From NCBI RefSeq assembly GCF_009914755.1, contig NC_060935.1: DNA of 64,000 nt. One strand, 5' to 3'. The position numbers were made by a program, and so were the translations under genes. The notes under the pieces were generated by a model that saw nothing but the letters and a program-made list of their open reading frames with translations, searched no databases and was not told where the DNA came from. The DNA is from the human T2T-CHM13v2.0 reference genome, Homo sapiens. Each line of letters opens with the position of its first letter. Position 1 is the first letter of the stretch. Of the stretch, positions 13,771 through 27,633 are shown in pieces.

Positions 13771-15937
13771 TTTAAATGAAGAGAAAGGTAAGTCATAAGG
13801 TCAGGTGGCCAAAGAGGTCTTTATCTTTAGAAGGGAGAGAAGACAGAGTATCTGGACCCTTTGGGGTTAACAGGCAGGTCTCATGTGCTGGGATTGGTTA
13901 TATAGTTGAGTCAATTTCTTTCTGAGTTGTGACTTTGTTTACCTGTCAAACAAAGGGGAAAATCCTTCTTTTCTCCCTCCGGATCGCTGTAGATTTATGA
14001 GATAATGTCTGCGAAGTACCTGAGCTTCTTAGAAGAAAAATGTGCTATCAATATGAAGAAGTGCATTTATAAATCATTTTCTTTGACTGGTTATTCCAGC
14101 TTTGGTGACTAGAAAAACATTTAGGTCTTCAAGGAGCGTATCATTTCTGGGAGATTCGGGGGGGCCACATGGGTACAGTAGGAGAGGACAGAGATGTAGC
14201 AGGCTGAAATCCCACAACCCTGGGCCTCAGTTTCCCTGTAGGAGAGCTTTCGCGGTGTTAAGGGCTCTACAAGTACTTGCTGAATTGAGTTGAGGGCTGT
14301 CCTGCCTGTTTCCACATCAGGCAAGCGAGCAGAGTTAATTGAGCATGTAAGTATCTATCATGATTGCCATGATGCTATTTTTGGGACAAGTGACAAAATA
14401 CAGGGCAAGTATTTTATCAGGAGTTTGAGGTCATTGGCTCTGTATGGAGAGGCAAACCGAGTCAAGCTGGAGAGGACACAGGCCCCAGTTTGTCAGAGGC
14501 CATTGTTCTGCAGCCCTAAGCAGGTACCAGTCCTGGATCCCAGAAAGCCATTCATGGCACTGGATGCTAGAGGGTCAGTTATCCATGCTGAGATGACCAC
14601 CGTATGCACTATCCCTGCTGACCTGAGCCTCCTTTTGGCCACTGACCCAGCAAGACCCCAGTCCCTGACGGAAGTTGGAAACCCACTGACCGGGACCCCA
14701 GACAGCCTCCTTAACTAGCGGCAGCGCTCATCCCAGCTCGGAGCCATTCAGTGCATGAACTATTCTAGTTTGGGAAGGTTGTATCATTCCTGGAGTTTCT
14801 CTAGGGTAAAGGCGTTCGGAGTCTCTGAAATTGGCTGGTTCCCATAACAGTTAAACTTTATGGCAGCACAGTATATTTTGGAGATGTTTTTGTGTATTTT
14901 TTCCATGCTCAGCTGGGCTGCAGCGTTCAAACCTCGTGCCTGCTATTGACCATTGCTATAATGTTTCAATATACATTTTTGGCAAGACATAACTCACATT
15001 TAAAAATATTAATTTCCCAACCATCATGTTCCTGAGTGCACTTCGATTTTTATTTTCCTGCAGCTGTACACCATGCGAGAGGCAAAGTTACTTCTCAGCT
15101 GAATAATATTTTTCTCTCCTCCTCCACCCTTAGCTATTCCCAAATCACAGGGGAATGACACCCAGAGGTCCCTGCTTGTGAATTTTACTGTGTACGCCAA
15201 GCCTAGCAAACAACCACTGCCTACCTGTAGGACAGAATAATGATAGCTGAAGGGTGTGTGACCAGGGGGATGAGCCATTCTTTTTTTTTCTCCAGGGAAG
15301 AGGATGGATTGGAAAAGCGTCTGTGTGGTCTTATGGGATCACTATTCACAATAGTTAACAAATGATCTGTTGTCAGCACTGGCCAGTGAGTTCACGTGTC
15401 AGCCATCAACAACCATGGGAACTCTCACTGCCTGTCCCAGGGTAGCTTTGCTGAATACCAGCCTGCCCAAGCCGAACATAGTTGGAAATTTATTTTTAAT
15501 ACTTCCTGTCTTTTCTTCCCATCTCATGATGGCTCCTAAGATCAACTAGGTGTCTTTGTGAGTTTTCAGTTTACTTGGTTCCCTTTAATGGGTGAGAAGC
15601 CTGGAAGAACCAGGTTGTGACTTGTATTTCCTTAATAATTGTGCCTTAATAAATGGGGGATACATCTTGGGCCAAGACACAGGAACACTTGATTTCTGGA
15701 AACTGGAATTTACATGAATCATGTTTGACTTTGGAGTAGGTGCTTGAGGGCAATGTCGAGTTAGGTTAGGACCCACCGCTAGAAGGAGGGTTTGCTTATG
15801 GTTCATTATGCACATCAGGGGCCCTCAGAGTCTAGGGATGCTGGGTGCAGTGCTTGCCTAGCCTGACTCTGCCTGAGGAGTTGCAGTGAAAGCTAGAGAT
15901 TCGATACTCAGACACCTGTGAAGATGGGTGCTCCCTA

Positions 15938-16183
<246 letters not shown>

Positions 16184-18174
16184 TTATCTGCCGGCTACAG
16201 GGGCGAGAAGGCTCCCCTCCAGCTATGGAAGCAGAGCAGGGCTGGCGCAGGAGACTGAGCCTCCTGAAGCACCTGGCTTTCCTGCTGAGGGTCTGGTAGA
16301 GCTTCCTAACTGGTCTCAGCCCCAGCTCTATTCCCTCCTATGGGGGCCTGGCTCCCAGCTCCAGCCCCTCTGCCCATCAGTCCCTAACACATGGACTGGT
16401 CTAGCCACACCCCAGCTCCCTATGGGCCATCTCCCTCCACCTTTGGGACGTGCCACTTCCCATGCATTGGTGAGCTCCTACTTAATGCCATGTGCTGGGC
16501 ATGCAGTCCCACACCAGGGCAGAAACAGGAGAGAGAGAGAGAGACCTCTAGCTAGAAACATTCTGTGGTGGCTGTGTGTTAAGAAGGGGGTCGATGGAGA
16601 GTGGTGCGGCTTTGGTTAAACCTGAGAATTCAGGAAATCATTTTGTTGTTTCAGTGGCTCCTGGGGTGGGCTGAGGGCCAAGTTCAGAGGGGTGGGTGGT
16701 GGTGCAGTATGGCAGGAGGTGTGCTGAGGAGGCGTGCCATCCTACCGTGTCCTCCCTGTCCCTTTCTTTTCTGCAGCAGACCTTACTCCAGCCTCACAAT
16801 CACTTGGGAAAAAATCATTATGGACACCATGCCTCCTCAAAACGAGATGGCCAGAATCATCGAAGAGAGTCAGTTGACATTATTTTATTAAACAAACCCA
16901 TCCACAATGCTTACAAGATGCCATGCTCTGTTTTGAGGCTTTAAAATATTAGTTCATTAATATTTTCATCGTCATAACAACCTAAAAATAGTAGGCACTA
17001 TTTTTATCCCCATTTTCCAGATGGGAAAATGAGGCACAGGGAGGTGAAAAATAGTAATGGGAGCTGTGCTTGTGAATTGCTCACCAAGTACGGCGCATGC
17101 CCTGACTCTAGTTATCACCGTGGCAACACTCGAATGGGGCATTGTCAACCCCATTTGACAGGACTTTGGGAAACGGAGGCTCAGGGTTAACTGAATTGCC
17201 CAGGGAACTGTCTAGTGGGAGTTGGGGTGGGTGGTGCGGTGAATCCAAGTCTTTCTGGCTCCGAAGACCATGCTCTCCCCTACTGAGCTATGCTGTGTGC
17301 AGATCCCCAAGCCTGGCCTTGGAGGGAGTTGCTGATGAAGAGGTGTGATGTGATCTGTGTCTCCTGGGAGTCCACAGTTGAGTGGACAATGGGACATTGA
17401 CATTCGCTGAGCATCTGGCCCACAGTACAACCAGTACTTCATACAACCCCTCCTGTAATCCACTTAATTATACTTCAGGGCAGAAAAAGCCCCACTTTAC
17501 AACAAAGAAACCAGGATCAGAGAGGCACAGTAACCTGCCCAAGGTCACGCAGCTAATGAGTGTTAGAGCAGGGGTTTGAGCAGGGGCCCATCTGCATTCC
17601 AAGCCCTCCCTTTTTCCTACCTCCTGCTCTACAGACCCAGACCTAACCGAGGCAAAACTGGACCTGGCGCTCCAGCTGCTGATGCTGTGGCCTCTCCTCC
17701 CCAACCCGGGAGAGTCAGGGGCAGCCACAGACGTCCTGGACACTGGCTGCTGCCCATCTTGGGGACAAAAAGCCCCAGGCTTGGGCCACACCTAGGACTG
17801 AGCTCTCAGCAACAGATGACCCCAAGAGGGAGACACTTGGTGTGTATCAACCCAGGGGAGCTTGGATGGCAGCAGAGCTTGGGGTGGAGGCTCCCCAGAA
17901 GGAGGGGTGCAGATTCACAGTGGAGAGCTGGGGACAGGCAGGAAGGTGGCCGAGTTCACAACCTGACAAGATCTTGGCAGGGTCTCCGAGGAGTCTCATT
18001 AAAAATCAAATTGGCCTTGAATTGTGGGAGTAACACTTTTTATTCTGATTTGAGCTTTACAAATTAGATTTCATAGGACATTTTAATCAGCTATGTATGG
18101 TAGGTTTTTTTTTTCCTCTCTGTCTCTTCAAGTTCTCTGTTGTAATTAGACTGTTTCTGGCACCAAAACAGGGT

Positions 18175-18345
18175 AGAAAAGGAGGGAAGAGATGAGAGAG
18201 GAGAAGGGGAGAGGAGGGAGGGACTGGAGAGAGAGCAAAGGAGTGAAGTGAGGACGTGGGAGAGAAGAGGAGAGGGAGAGGAAGAGGAGGAAGCAGGGGA
18301 GGAGGGTGAGGGGCAGCATGGAGAGGGAGGGGGTGGGTGGAAAGG
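18175..18345 (+). repeat. GA-rich polypurine low-complexity tract
   Basis: About 170 bp that are almost all A/G. Confidence 0.85.
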
Positions 18346-19003
18346 ACTCCTTCTCTGGCTCCTTTTACTCTAATGATGATTTCACAGCTCATCCTTTTAT
18401 CTCAAAATCTTTCTTACAAGAAGGACAGAGTCAAGGCAGCTGCAGTAACTGCCAAAGATTGTGCTATCAGAGAGAATTATCAGGTTGTCAGGTGGACGTG
18501 GAGGGGGTTATAATGAGAGCCCCTTAAATGAAGCAGTGCCCGAGCCCTCTGAGATGTCCATTATTAGGAATCACCCACAGTGGGTAACCGTCCCGGTCTC
18601 TCCCCGTCCTGTGTCCTCTTGGAGGAAGGCGCGGGAGGTACTGGGTGAGGGCCCCCGGGGAAGTGGGGTGCAAGAAGCATCCGAGGGCCAAGGGTAAGTT
18701 GTGGACCGGCTGGAGCCCCCAGGGAGAGGAGGGGGCTATCACCATGGAAACCAGGCTCTGGAGGAAGGCAACGCTGGGAAGGGGGATCAGTTGAAGCAGG
18801 CCATGGAGGTGGACTCTGAGTGGCCACAGACCCTTTTGGTGGGTGTCTCAGAGCCAGGGGTGGCAGCAGGCACAAGATGCCTGGAATAAGACCTGGGGTC
18901 TGTAGGAAAGGAGCCTGATGGGATGGGGCTGAGCGGGAGAGGGCCTTTTGAGGGGGAGCATCTCCCGATGCCATCTGAGCAGGCTTGGAGGTGTAGGATC
19001 CCA

Positions 19004-19086
19004 CAGGTTGCAGTGAGCCAAGATCGCCCCACTGCACTACAGACTAGGTGACAGAGTGAGACTCGGTCTCAAAAAAAAAAAAAAAA
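19004..19086 (+). mobile_element. 5'-truncated Alu right-arm end with poly-A
   Basis: aggttgcagtgagccaagatcg...gagactcggtctc(A)16. Confidence 0.85.
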
Positions 19087-19559
19087 GACCTTCCTAGAGC
19101 CTCTCGCATTCTGTCTGCTTGGATCCACTTGGCTTTTCTATGGAAAGACTGTTTCTGGGGAAGATGAGTACACAGGAAAAATCCACCCAAAGGACATGAT
19201 TTACAAATTATTATTTTTGGGGATGGGAGACAGTACTCTAATTGACAATGTCCCTTTTCAGTCCAATTTTAATTTTTGCACATTACATTTGAGTCACTAT
19301 AATTACTTTTCTCTTTTAAACCAATGAGTTTTTTTTTTTTTTTTCAAATGAATCTTAAACTGTTACTGAGTATCTAGAGTGGATAAAAGTTGAGGTGCTT
19401 TGGATGAAGGTGGAGATGGAGGGATGGAACCCACTTTTTTTTTTCATCCATCTGACAGACCTTAGGGCCTCTCCTTTGGGCTCAAGAGCCCCTCAGAGCA
19501 CAGCTTTTGAGCCATGGATGTAAGTTATTGCCAGAAGAATGCTCCTCACCCACCCACTC

Positions 19560-19853
19560 TTTCTTTTCTTTTGAGACTGAGTCTCACTCTGTCGCCCAGG
19601 CTGGAGTTCAGTGGGGCAATCTTGGCTCACTGCAACCTTTGCCTCCCGGTTCAAGTGATTCTCCTGCCTCAGCCTCCTGAGCAGCTGGGATTACAGGTAT
19701 GCACCAGCATGTCCGGCTGATTTTCATATTTTTAATAGAGACAGGGTTTCACCATGTTGGCCAGGCTGGTCTTGAACTCTTGACCTCAAGTGATCCTCCC
19801 ACCTCAGCCTCCTGAAGTGCTGGGATTACAGGCATGAGCCACCATGCCTGGCC
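19560..19853 (-). mobile_element. AluS-like
   Basis: Full reverse-complement dimer. Confidence 0.9.
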
Positions 19854-20239
19854 TCTACTTGCTTTATTTTCCCCATTTTCTTTTCTACTCCAAAGAAGTG
19901 AAATGCAAGTGAGCCCAAGGTCATTTTCTGCAGCCTCCTGGATAGTGCCTTAAGTAGACAGTGAGCTCCTGAGAACCTGTTTCTTCCACACACACACTGA
20001 CCGGACCCTGCTGTGAGGCAGGCACTGTGCTGTCTGGTGAGGAGCAGGGGAACAGGCCTGGCCACCCCTCCAGGAGCTCGCAGCTGTGCCCCCTCCCCAT
20101 CACACCTGGGCGTCTCAGATGGAGCACAGAGTAGGTGCCTCACAGGCTCAGGTCCTGCTCTCAGTGGAGATGTGACACACCCAGCACCTTCCACCGGCCC
20201 AGGGTTTCCATCTTCTCCGCTTCGCATTTTCCCTGATGA

Positions 20240-20596
<357 letters not shown>

Positions 20597-21823
20597 CCAT
20601 GCTTTGTTTTGAGTCTGTCACCATCACTGAGCCTAGCCCAGCAGGCTGTACATCTCTCAGACTTCCCCTTTCCTCTCTATTCCCACTGCTACCACCCAAG
20701 TTCAAGCTCTCGTTGCCTCAACCTGGGCTCTTGCCACAGACTCTGAATGTTCTCTTTGCCTGATCCATTAATGTGCTGAACCTGGATTTTCCGTCTTAAT
20801 TCACCACTTGCTTCAGGGTTCCCCTCTTTTAAGGGGTGGGACCTCTCATGGCTCTCCACTCTCTGCGGGACAACGCCCAACTTCCCATGCTGGATTCTAA
20901 TCTCCAAAATCCAGCTCCTTTTCTTCCTGGGAGCTCCACAGCACCCCCGTGCTGGCTAGTCACTAAGGTCACCTGCCTCGAGTTCTCCTCGACGTTTCAT
21001 TGTCCTGGGATGCACTGCATCCCCCCACCCAAGGCTCCCCCACCCAAGGCCCCCCCTAAGCAACCCCACCTATCATTGAAGGCCCAGTTCTCTCCCCAGG
21101 CAGCTCCTGTGACCCAGATGGAATCTTCTTTTTTCTCGTCTTCTCTCTATATTCTCATCTTGCCTCTTTTTCATCAATTTCTCCAAACCTTTATTGAGCA
21201 CCTACTATATGTCAGATGCTGATGAAACAGAAATAAGGAAGAAACAGTGTACACTTCTTGAGGGCAGGGGCCACAGCTATCTTTTCTGTCTTGTGTTCCC
21301 AGCTGTGGGTGAGCACCGGTTACACGCCTGTCACATGTGCCTTTGTACTTAGAGTTTGCCTGCTCTGGTTGGTCTGCTGAGATCGGTGGTCACTACAGGA
21401 AAATTGCTTTTGCATTATAAACTACTAACCCGGCAGATACTGTTCAGAGCACACCACACAGGAGAAAGGTGAGAAATCACAGGGTGGGCTGGAGTCTCTA
21501 GGAATCAGGCTTGACAGGAGAAAAAAATAACTGCTGTTCATGGAAGATTTACTTGATGCCACATCTTTGGCTGTATACGTTGTTTCTGGCATGCAGATTA
21601 GCTGTAATTAACCACATTTTATAGATGAACCAAGGCTCACAGAAATGCAGGGACTTGTACAAGTTCACTTGATTAGCTCAGGTGTCACTCAAACCCCAAT
21701 GGTCTGGGTACAGCCCTATTTTCTCACCACTATCCGATGTAGGTTGTTGAATCAAGGGTCTCAAGCCCAGATTTTGATTCTTAAGCAAGTACTCACTCCA
21801 CCAACAAGGCAGCCTACTCAGAT

Positions 21824-22144
<321 letters not shown>

Positions 22145-22431
22145 CAGATCTAAAGGGAGGTAGAAGATCTTTAGAATGAAAAGTGATTTCTTGGTTTTTC
22201 CCTCAGTTTCTGTGTGTAGGCTCCTCTTCACCTATTGGTCAGTAACACTGAAACGGTTGAGGGTAAAGTTTAGTACTGGCCACCATAGGAAGATTAAAAG
22301 AAAGGAGGTGTACTAGTTACCATTACTTATAATTATTACTTAAAATGGTTATTTAATATAATTATATTATAATATAGCTTATAATTATGTATCATAAATA
22401 TTTTTATTGCTATAAAATTAGTAATTGCTAA

Positions 22432-22572
22432 CTTTTCTATTTTTTAACTTTTTGTAGGGACAGGGTCTTGCTATGTTGCCCAGGCTGGTCTCAAACTCCT
22501 GGCCTGAAGCAATCCTCGTGCCTCAGCCTTCCAAAGTGCTGAGATTACAGGTGTGAGCTACCATGCCCAGCT
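22432..22572 (-). mobile_element. FLAM/Alu left monomer
   Basis: Monomer flanked by the TSD-like pair tagtaattgctaactttt / tagtaataggtaactttt. Confidence 0.8.
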
Positions 22573-23149
22573 AGTAATAGGTAACTTTTACAGAATGTCA
22601 AGCATATAATAAAAGCTTTACCTGGATTATTTTATTGACTCACTAAAGAGTCCTATGAGATAGGTACCGTATCACACCTACGTGAAGATGAGGTTGTCTG
22701 GGGCCCACAGCACTGGCAGTGAGAAGGGATATGAGCCCAGCAGTCTGGTTCCAGAGCAGCCTCTTTGCGTCCTTATTTGGACTTCGCCCACTGTGCCTCT
22801 AGTCCTCGCCCCCAGGAACTCATAGAACCCACCTTAGACCTCCCTCTCCCACTGCCCTTGGCCAGTACTGAAAAGTCTCAAGGAAACTCAGGAAGAATAA
22901 TGTACACTAGCTCACTTCATCAGTTCTGTGTATAATGTCCTCATGAACACAGTTCTCTGGGTGGATCAGAGTTGACCAGCTATCCAAGAGTGACTGAAGC
23001 CTATGTTCACCTTCTTTAGCTCCCTGAGAAGGTGAGCGCAGACCTGCAGGTCCTCCAGTCACCCTTGACCCTCACAACCACATCACTCACTCCAAAGAAC
23101 CCCTCTCTCCCTTCACCATTTGGACTGGACAAGCCCCTTGGGATGAAGG

Positions 23150-23345
23150 CAGATAGTGCAGTGGTAATGAATGGGGCTCAGGAATCAGACTGACCTGGGT
23201 TTGAATCCTGGCACTTCCATGAACTTGCTGAGCCTCCATTTTCCTATCTGTGAAATGGGGACAATAATACCACCACCTTGTGGAGATAGAGAGGATGCAT
23301 CTGGGCCACTTGACTCCGGGGCTGGCTCACAACAAATGCTCAGGG
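23150..23345 (+). mobile_element. MIR
   Basis: aatcagactgacctgggtttgaatcctggc...gagcctccattttcctatctgtgaaatggggacaataata. Confidence 0.78.
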
Positions 23346-25040
23346 GAAACCGACCTTCTTCTCTCAAAGCCACCCTCTGTCCTGAACACCAGGCCACAGG
23401 CTGAGCTCCATAGGGCTGGGCGACGGGAAGCGTGACCTGGAATGGCAGGTGGCTGTCTATTGGTGTGAAAGGGGGAGGCAAGGGTGGACTTTTATTTACT
23501 ATCCAATGACTTATTGAAGAGACAGTTTTCACTAAAGACAAGGATGTACTCTCTTTGCAGGAGGACCTCAGTGTAGCATCCATGGGTTCTCAGGTGGGTC
23601 TCAAGGCTGGTGTTTGTGGTAGGTGAGCTCAGGTGTTGGAAGCCTTGGCCAGCTGCTGTGAGCCATGCCCTGTGGGGGAGAAGAGGTGGGAGAATGTTCC
23701 CCCAGGGCTGCAAGGGGGCTACTGGGGTGGAAGGGGTAGGGGGCGTCTCCCGGGCCAATGAGGGCTGGCTTGGCTCCGCATCTGACTGGCGCTGAACTAG
23801 CTTCCGTTAGTAGAAAAAGGCTGCGTGTGCGTGAACCTGCCTGGGCATGGCAGAGGAGCAGGCCTGGGAAACACAGCGGTCTCTCTCCCACATTCGCTTG
23901 GTTAGGTGGCTGCAGAAGCACCTTCCTGCTCGCCGCCTGGAAGGTAGGTCATGTTCCTGAAAGGGGGAGGCTCTGCGGCGCAGGGTCCCAGGGTTCTGAG
24001 ACAAAGCCCTTTGTCTCTGAGTGAGAGTCCCTGTCTGGGATGCTTGCCCCCAGCCTGTGCGTCTCCCCTGCACACCCAGGCTGTTGTGACCTGCAGGGGC
24101 CGAGAGAGCACTGCGCCGTCTGTCCCGGGGGCCCTTTAGACCACTGGGTAAGGCAGCTGCTTTTCCCTTTGAGGAGAGTGGCAGAATCAGAGGAGAGCCT
24201 GGGTCTGCCTCCCCCTCGTGCCAAGTTCTCTGCCCTACCTGAGAAGGTAGAAGCTTCAGGAGTGGGAGCAGGAGGTCGAGGTGCTGAGCAGGCAGGGCCT
24301 TTTGCAGCCTTGTCTCCAAATTGCAGGAAGCAGTGGCTGTTTCTGGCTGGGAACAATAAAGGGGAGGGGGGCTTGGATGAACCCTGTCCTGATGGGCCAC
24401 GTGGCGTCCCTGAGTCAGGACAGCTGGCACTGTTGCCAGTGCTGGTGAGTGGCTGGTGGGAGGAAGTGTGGAGGTGGCAGCAGCAGTGACAGGTGTGGCC
24501 TGGCCTAGGGAGGTGGGCAGGAGGTGGAGCATTTGGTGGCCTTTTGGGGGCTCTGGTTATGGGGCAGAGCTGGGAGCAGGCAGATGGCATCCTCAGATCA
24601 GTGGTGGGGCTGGATGTCTTCCCCAGTTGTTTCCCCACCCTCCTCCATCGGGACTCCTCCTGACTGCTCTTCCCAAAAGCCCCCTCTAGATTTCCCTCCT
24701 GCGCTTACTCCTGCCTCCTGTCAGCCCACCCGGCTTCCAACCTGGATGCAGCGCCCTCATCTTAATCTCTTTTCTGGGACTCGCAGCACACATTATCACG
24801 GAATGAACCATCACCATCTGGCTCCCAAAGTCCCCACCAACTTCCAGTGAAACATTGAAATGCAGAAGACCCCATGTTTCTCTATGACTTGCACACCTGT
24901 GGCCCCATTCTGAGGTTGCCCCTCAATCCCTAATTATTTCCTGAGGGGGAAGAGTCATTTTGCCATGGAAGGCGCAGATTACAAGGGCCACGTCACTCGG
25001 TGTGATGGTCTTAGGGCAGCACTGCAGGGTGCTGGGTCGG

Positions 25041-25063
25041 GTGTGTGTGTGTGTGTGTGTGTG
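25041..25063 (+). repeat. (GT)n microsatellite
   Basis: Read directly from the sequence. Confidence 0.9.
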
Positions 25064-25172
25064 CACGTGGGTGTGTTTGTCAGATTAACTGAATTGGCCT
25101 CAACCCCACCTTTTCTCCAGCCAGACATTTGCTGCTTCTATTCCTTATCAAGCACTTAAGATTTTGGTTGAG

Positions 25173-25614
<442 letters not shown>

Positions 25615-26112
25615 TAGTTTTACAGAATGTTGGAAAGCATAGGCCCTGGCAGGGCCATCTTGGGGAACTTTGGAAGGAACAGTGATCTGGTTCGTCTTTG
25701 GAGTCCAAAGGCCTTGGTACTATGGTGTGTGTGTCTGTGTGTGTGTGTGTGTGTATCGGATAGGAAGGTGGCCCAGTATCCTGGTGCCCATAGAGGCTGG
25801 GATCTGACTCAGAGGAGCCGTTGCTTACTCCTCCCTGCCACCCACAACTGCCAACCCTAAATCTTCTAGGGATGCATTCTGGAACTCCACTGTCCCAAGT
25901 CTATTGCTACCCCATAGGCACATGTCTCTGCACTGTGGTTCCACAGTGGTGGTGAGAGGCACAGATCTACAGGGCAGCATGGACTAGTACAAAGAGTGTG
26001 GGATTTGGGATGGTTGTGTAACAGGGGAGATAAAGCTTTGATGCAGACTCTGCCCTGGAGCCTGATGTGGGATCGGGGGTGCTGAGTATCCCCTCATGGC
26101 CCTGGGCAATGC

Positions 26113-26410
26113 TTTTTTTTTTTTTTTTTTTTGAGTCTCGTTCTGTCGCCCAGGCTAAAGTGCAGTGGTGCGATCTCGGCTTCAGCGCAACCTCCGCCTC
26201 TTGGATTCAAGTGATTTTCCTGCTTTAGCCTCCAAAGTAGCCGAGACTACAGGCGTGTGCCACTATGCCTGGCTAATTTTTGTATTTTTAGTAGAGACAG
26301 GGTTTCACCAAGTTGACCAGGCCAGTCTCGAACTCCTGACCTCAAGTGATCTTCCCACTCTCAGCATCCCAAAAGGTTGGGATTACAGGCATGAGCCATT
26401 GCACCCAACC
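26113..26410 (-). mobile_element. AluS-like
   Basis: Poly-T followed by a reverse-complement dimer. Confidence 0.9.
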
Positions 26411-27303
26411 CCTGTGCAGTTCTCTTTCCATCCATGCTTGGAGGTGGCTCAGAGGCAGGCAGGAGGTGGCTCAAGGGTGGGCTCAATCCCTGCCTCCCCT
26501 TTCTCCACTGGTTATTTGGCCTGGCCTTTGTTCCAGCAGCAGATTGAGGGGACATGACCACTCCCCTTAGGATTAAACCCAGTCAGACCTGGACAGGAAG
26601 TGAGGGTCACTAATATAAGGATGGAAATGCTTGTCCTTGCTTCTAAGGAGCCTGGTGCTGACACATGCACACACCCGCCTGCATGCCTGTGAGTGTGGGC
26701 AGCCCAGCTGAAACCCTGCCTGCACCCCTCAACTCTCAGGACATTCTGTGAAACTCGCTGAGAGTCTTGGATGGTCACATTTGACCACAGGTTACTGGAT
26801 TACAAGGGATAAAGTGGTCTCATAGAGAAGTCATATAAAGCTTTTCAGGGGTTTAAGAGAATCTTGCTTCAAGCAAGGGAGTTGTGGGGAGGAAGCAGAG
26901 AAGGCATCCTGGAGGAGGAATCATAATATGGGGAAAGTAATGGAGGAGAAATGTCATTCTGGGGTAGGAAAAAAAATATAAGCAAAAACATGAGTGATGG
27001 GTCACCCTCCGTCACCTGCCTGGAGTACCTAACCGATGGGTCACCTGTCGGAGCCTGGGTCCTGGACAGTAGGAAGAACACAGGGTCAGTCAGCCCTAGG
27101 AAGGAACTCTGGCCCTGTACCTAGCAGTGTGATCTGAGGCCAGTGACTCACCCTTTCTGAGCTTCAGTTTCCCTATCTGAAAAATGGGGATGACACGCCT
27201 CCCTGGCAAAGCTGCTGTGAGCATGAGAGGTTTTATATGTAAATGATCTTGGTAGACAGGTGTTTCACAAAGGGTCATTCTTACTTTCGTCACTATCCAC
27301 AAG

Positions 27304-27633
27304 TCTTTCCTGAGCTTGGGACTGTTAAAACAGGAGCCAGAGGAGCACCTGTCTTGCGGAGTCCCAGAGCTGAGAACGGAGGCTTTGCAAATCTGAAGTT
27401 GCACCCATTAGAAAGCTGCATGGGTGGTGCAGGAGACAGTGGGTGAGCCCTCCCATTGGCTCTGCCTCTTTCTTGAGCTTGGGACTGTTAAAACAGGGGC
27501 CAGAGCAGCACCTGTCTTGCAGAGTCCCAAGGCTGAGAATGGAGGCTTTGCAAATTTGAAGTTGCACCCATTAGAAACCTGCATGGGTGGTGCGGGAGAC
27601 AGTGGGTGAGCCCTCCCATTGGCTTTGCCTCTT
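27304..27633. repeat. 163-bp direct tandem duplication of apparently unique sequence (about 93% identity)
   Basis: tgagcttgggactgttaaaacagg occurs at 27311 and 27474. I count 11 substitutions and no indels. Confidence 0.95.

Noticed and set aside
13935-13965. AG|GT site ttttcccctttgtttgacag|gtaaac (minus)
   Set aside because: Lies in MIR-like sequence that commonly yields such acceptors, and the donor is weak.
18888-19091. Possible 7-bp TSD (aagacct) enclosing 110 bp of unique DNA plus a truncated Alu (5' transduction)
   Set aside because: The match is too short to distinguish from chance.
23807-24638. Overlapping 241-aa and 229-aa minus-strand ORFs
   Set aside because: Pro/Ser/Ala-rich products of a GC-rich tract open in several frames; no homology or exon structure.
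27304-27633. CRISPR-like or prokaryotic repeat array
   Set aside because: Only two contiguous long copies with no spacers, in a eukaryotic intron.
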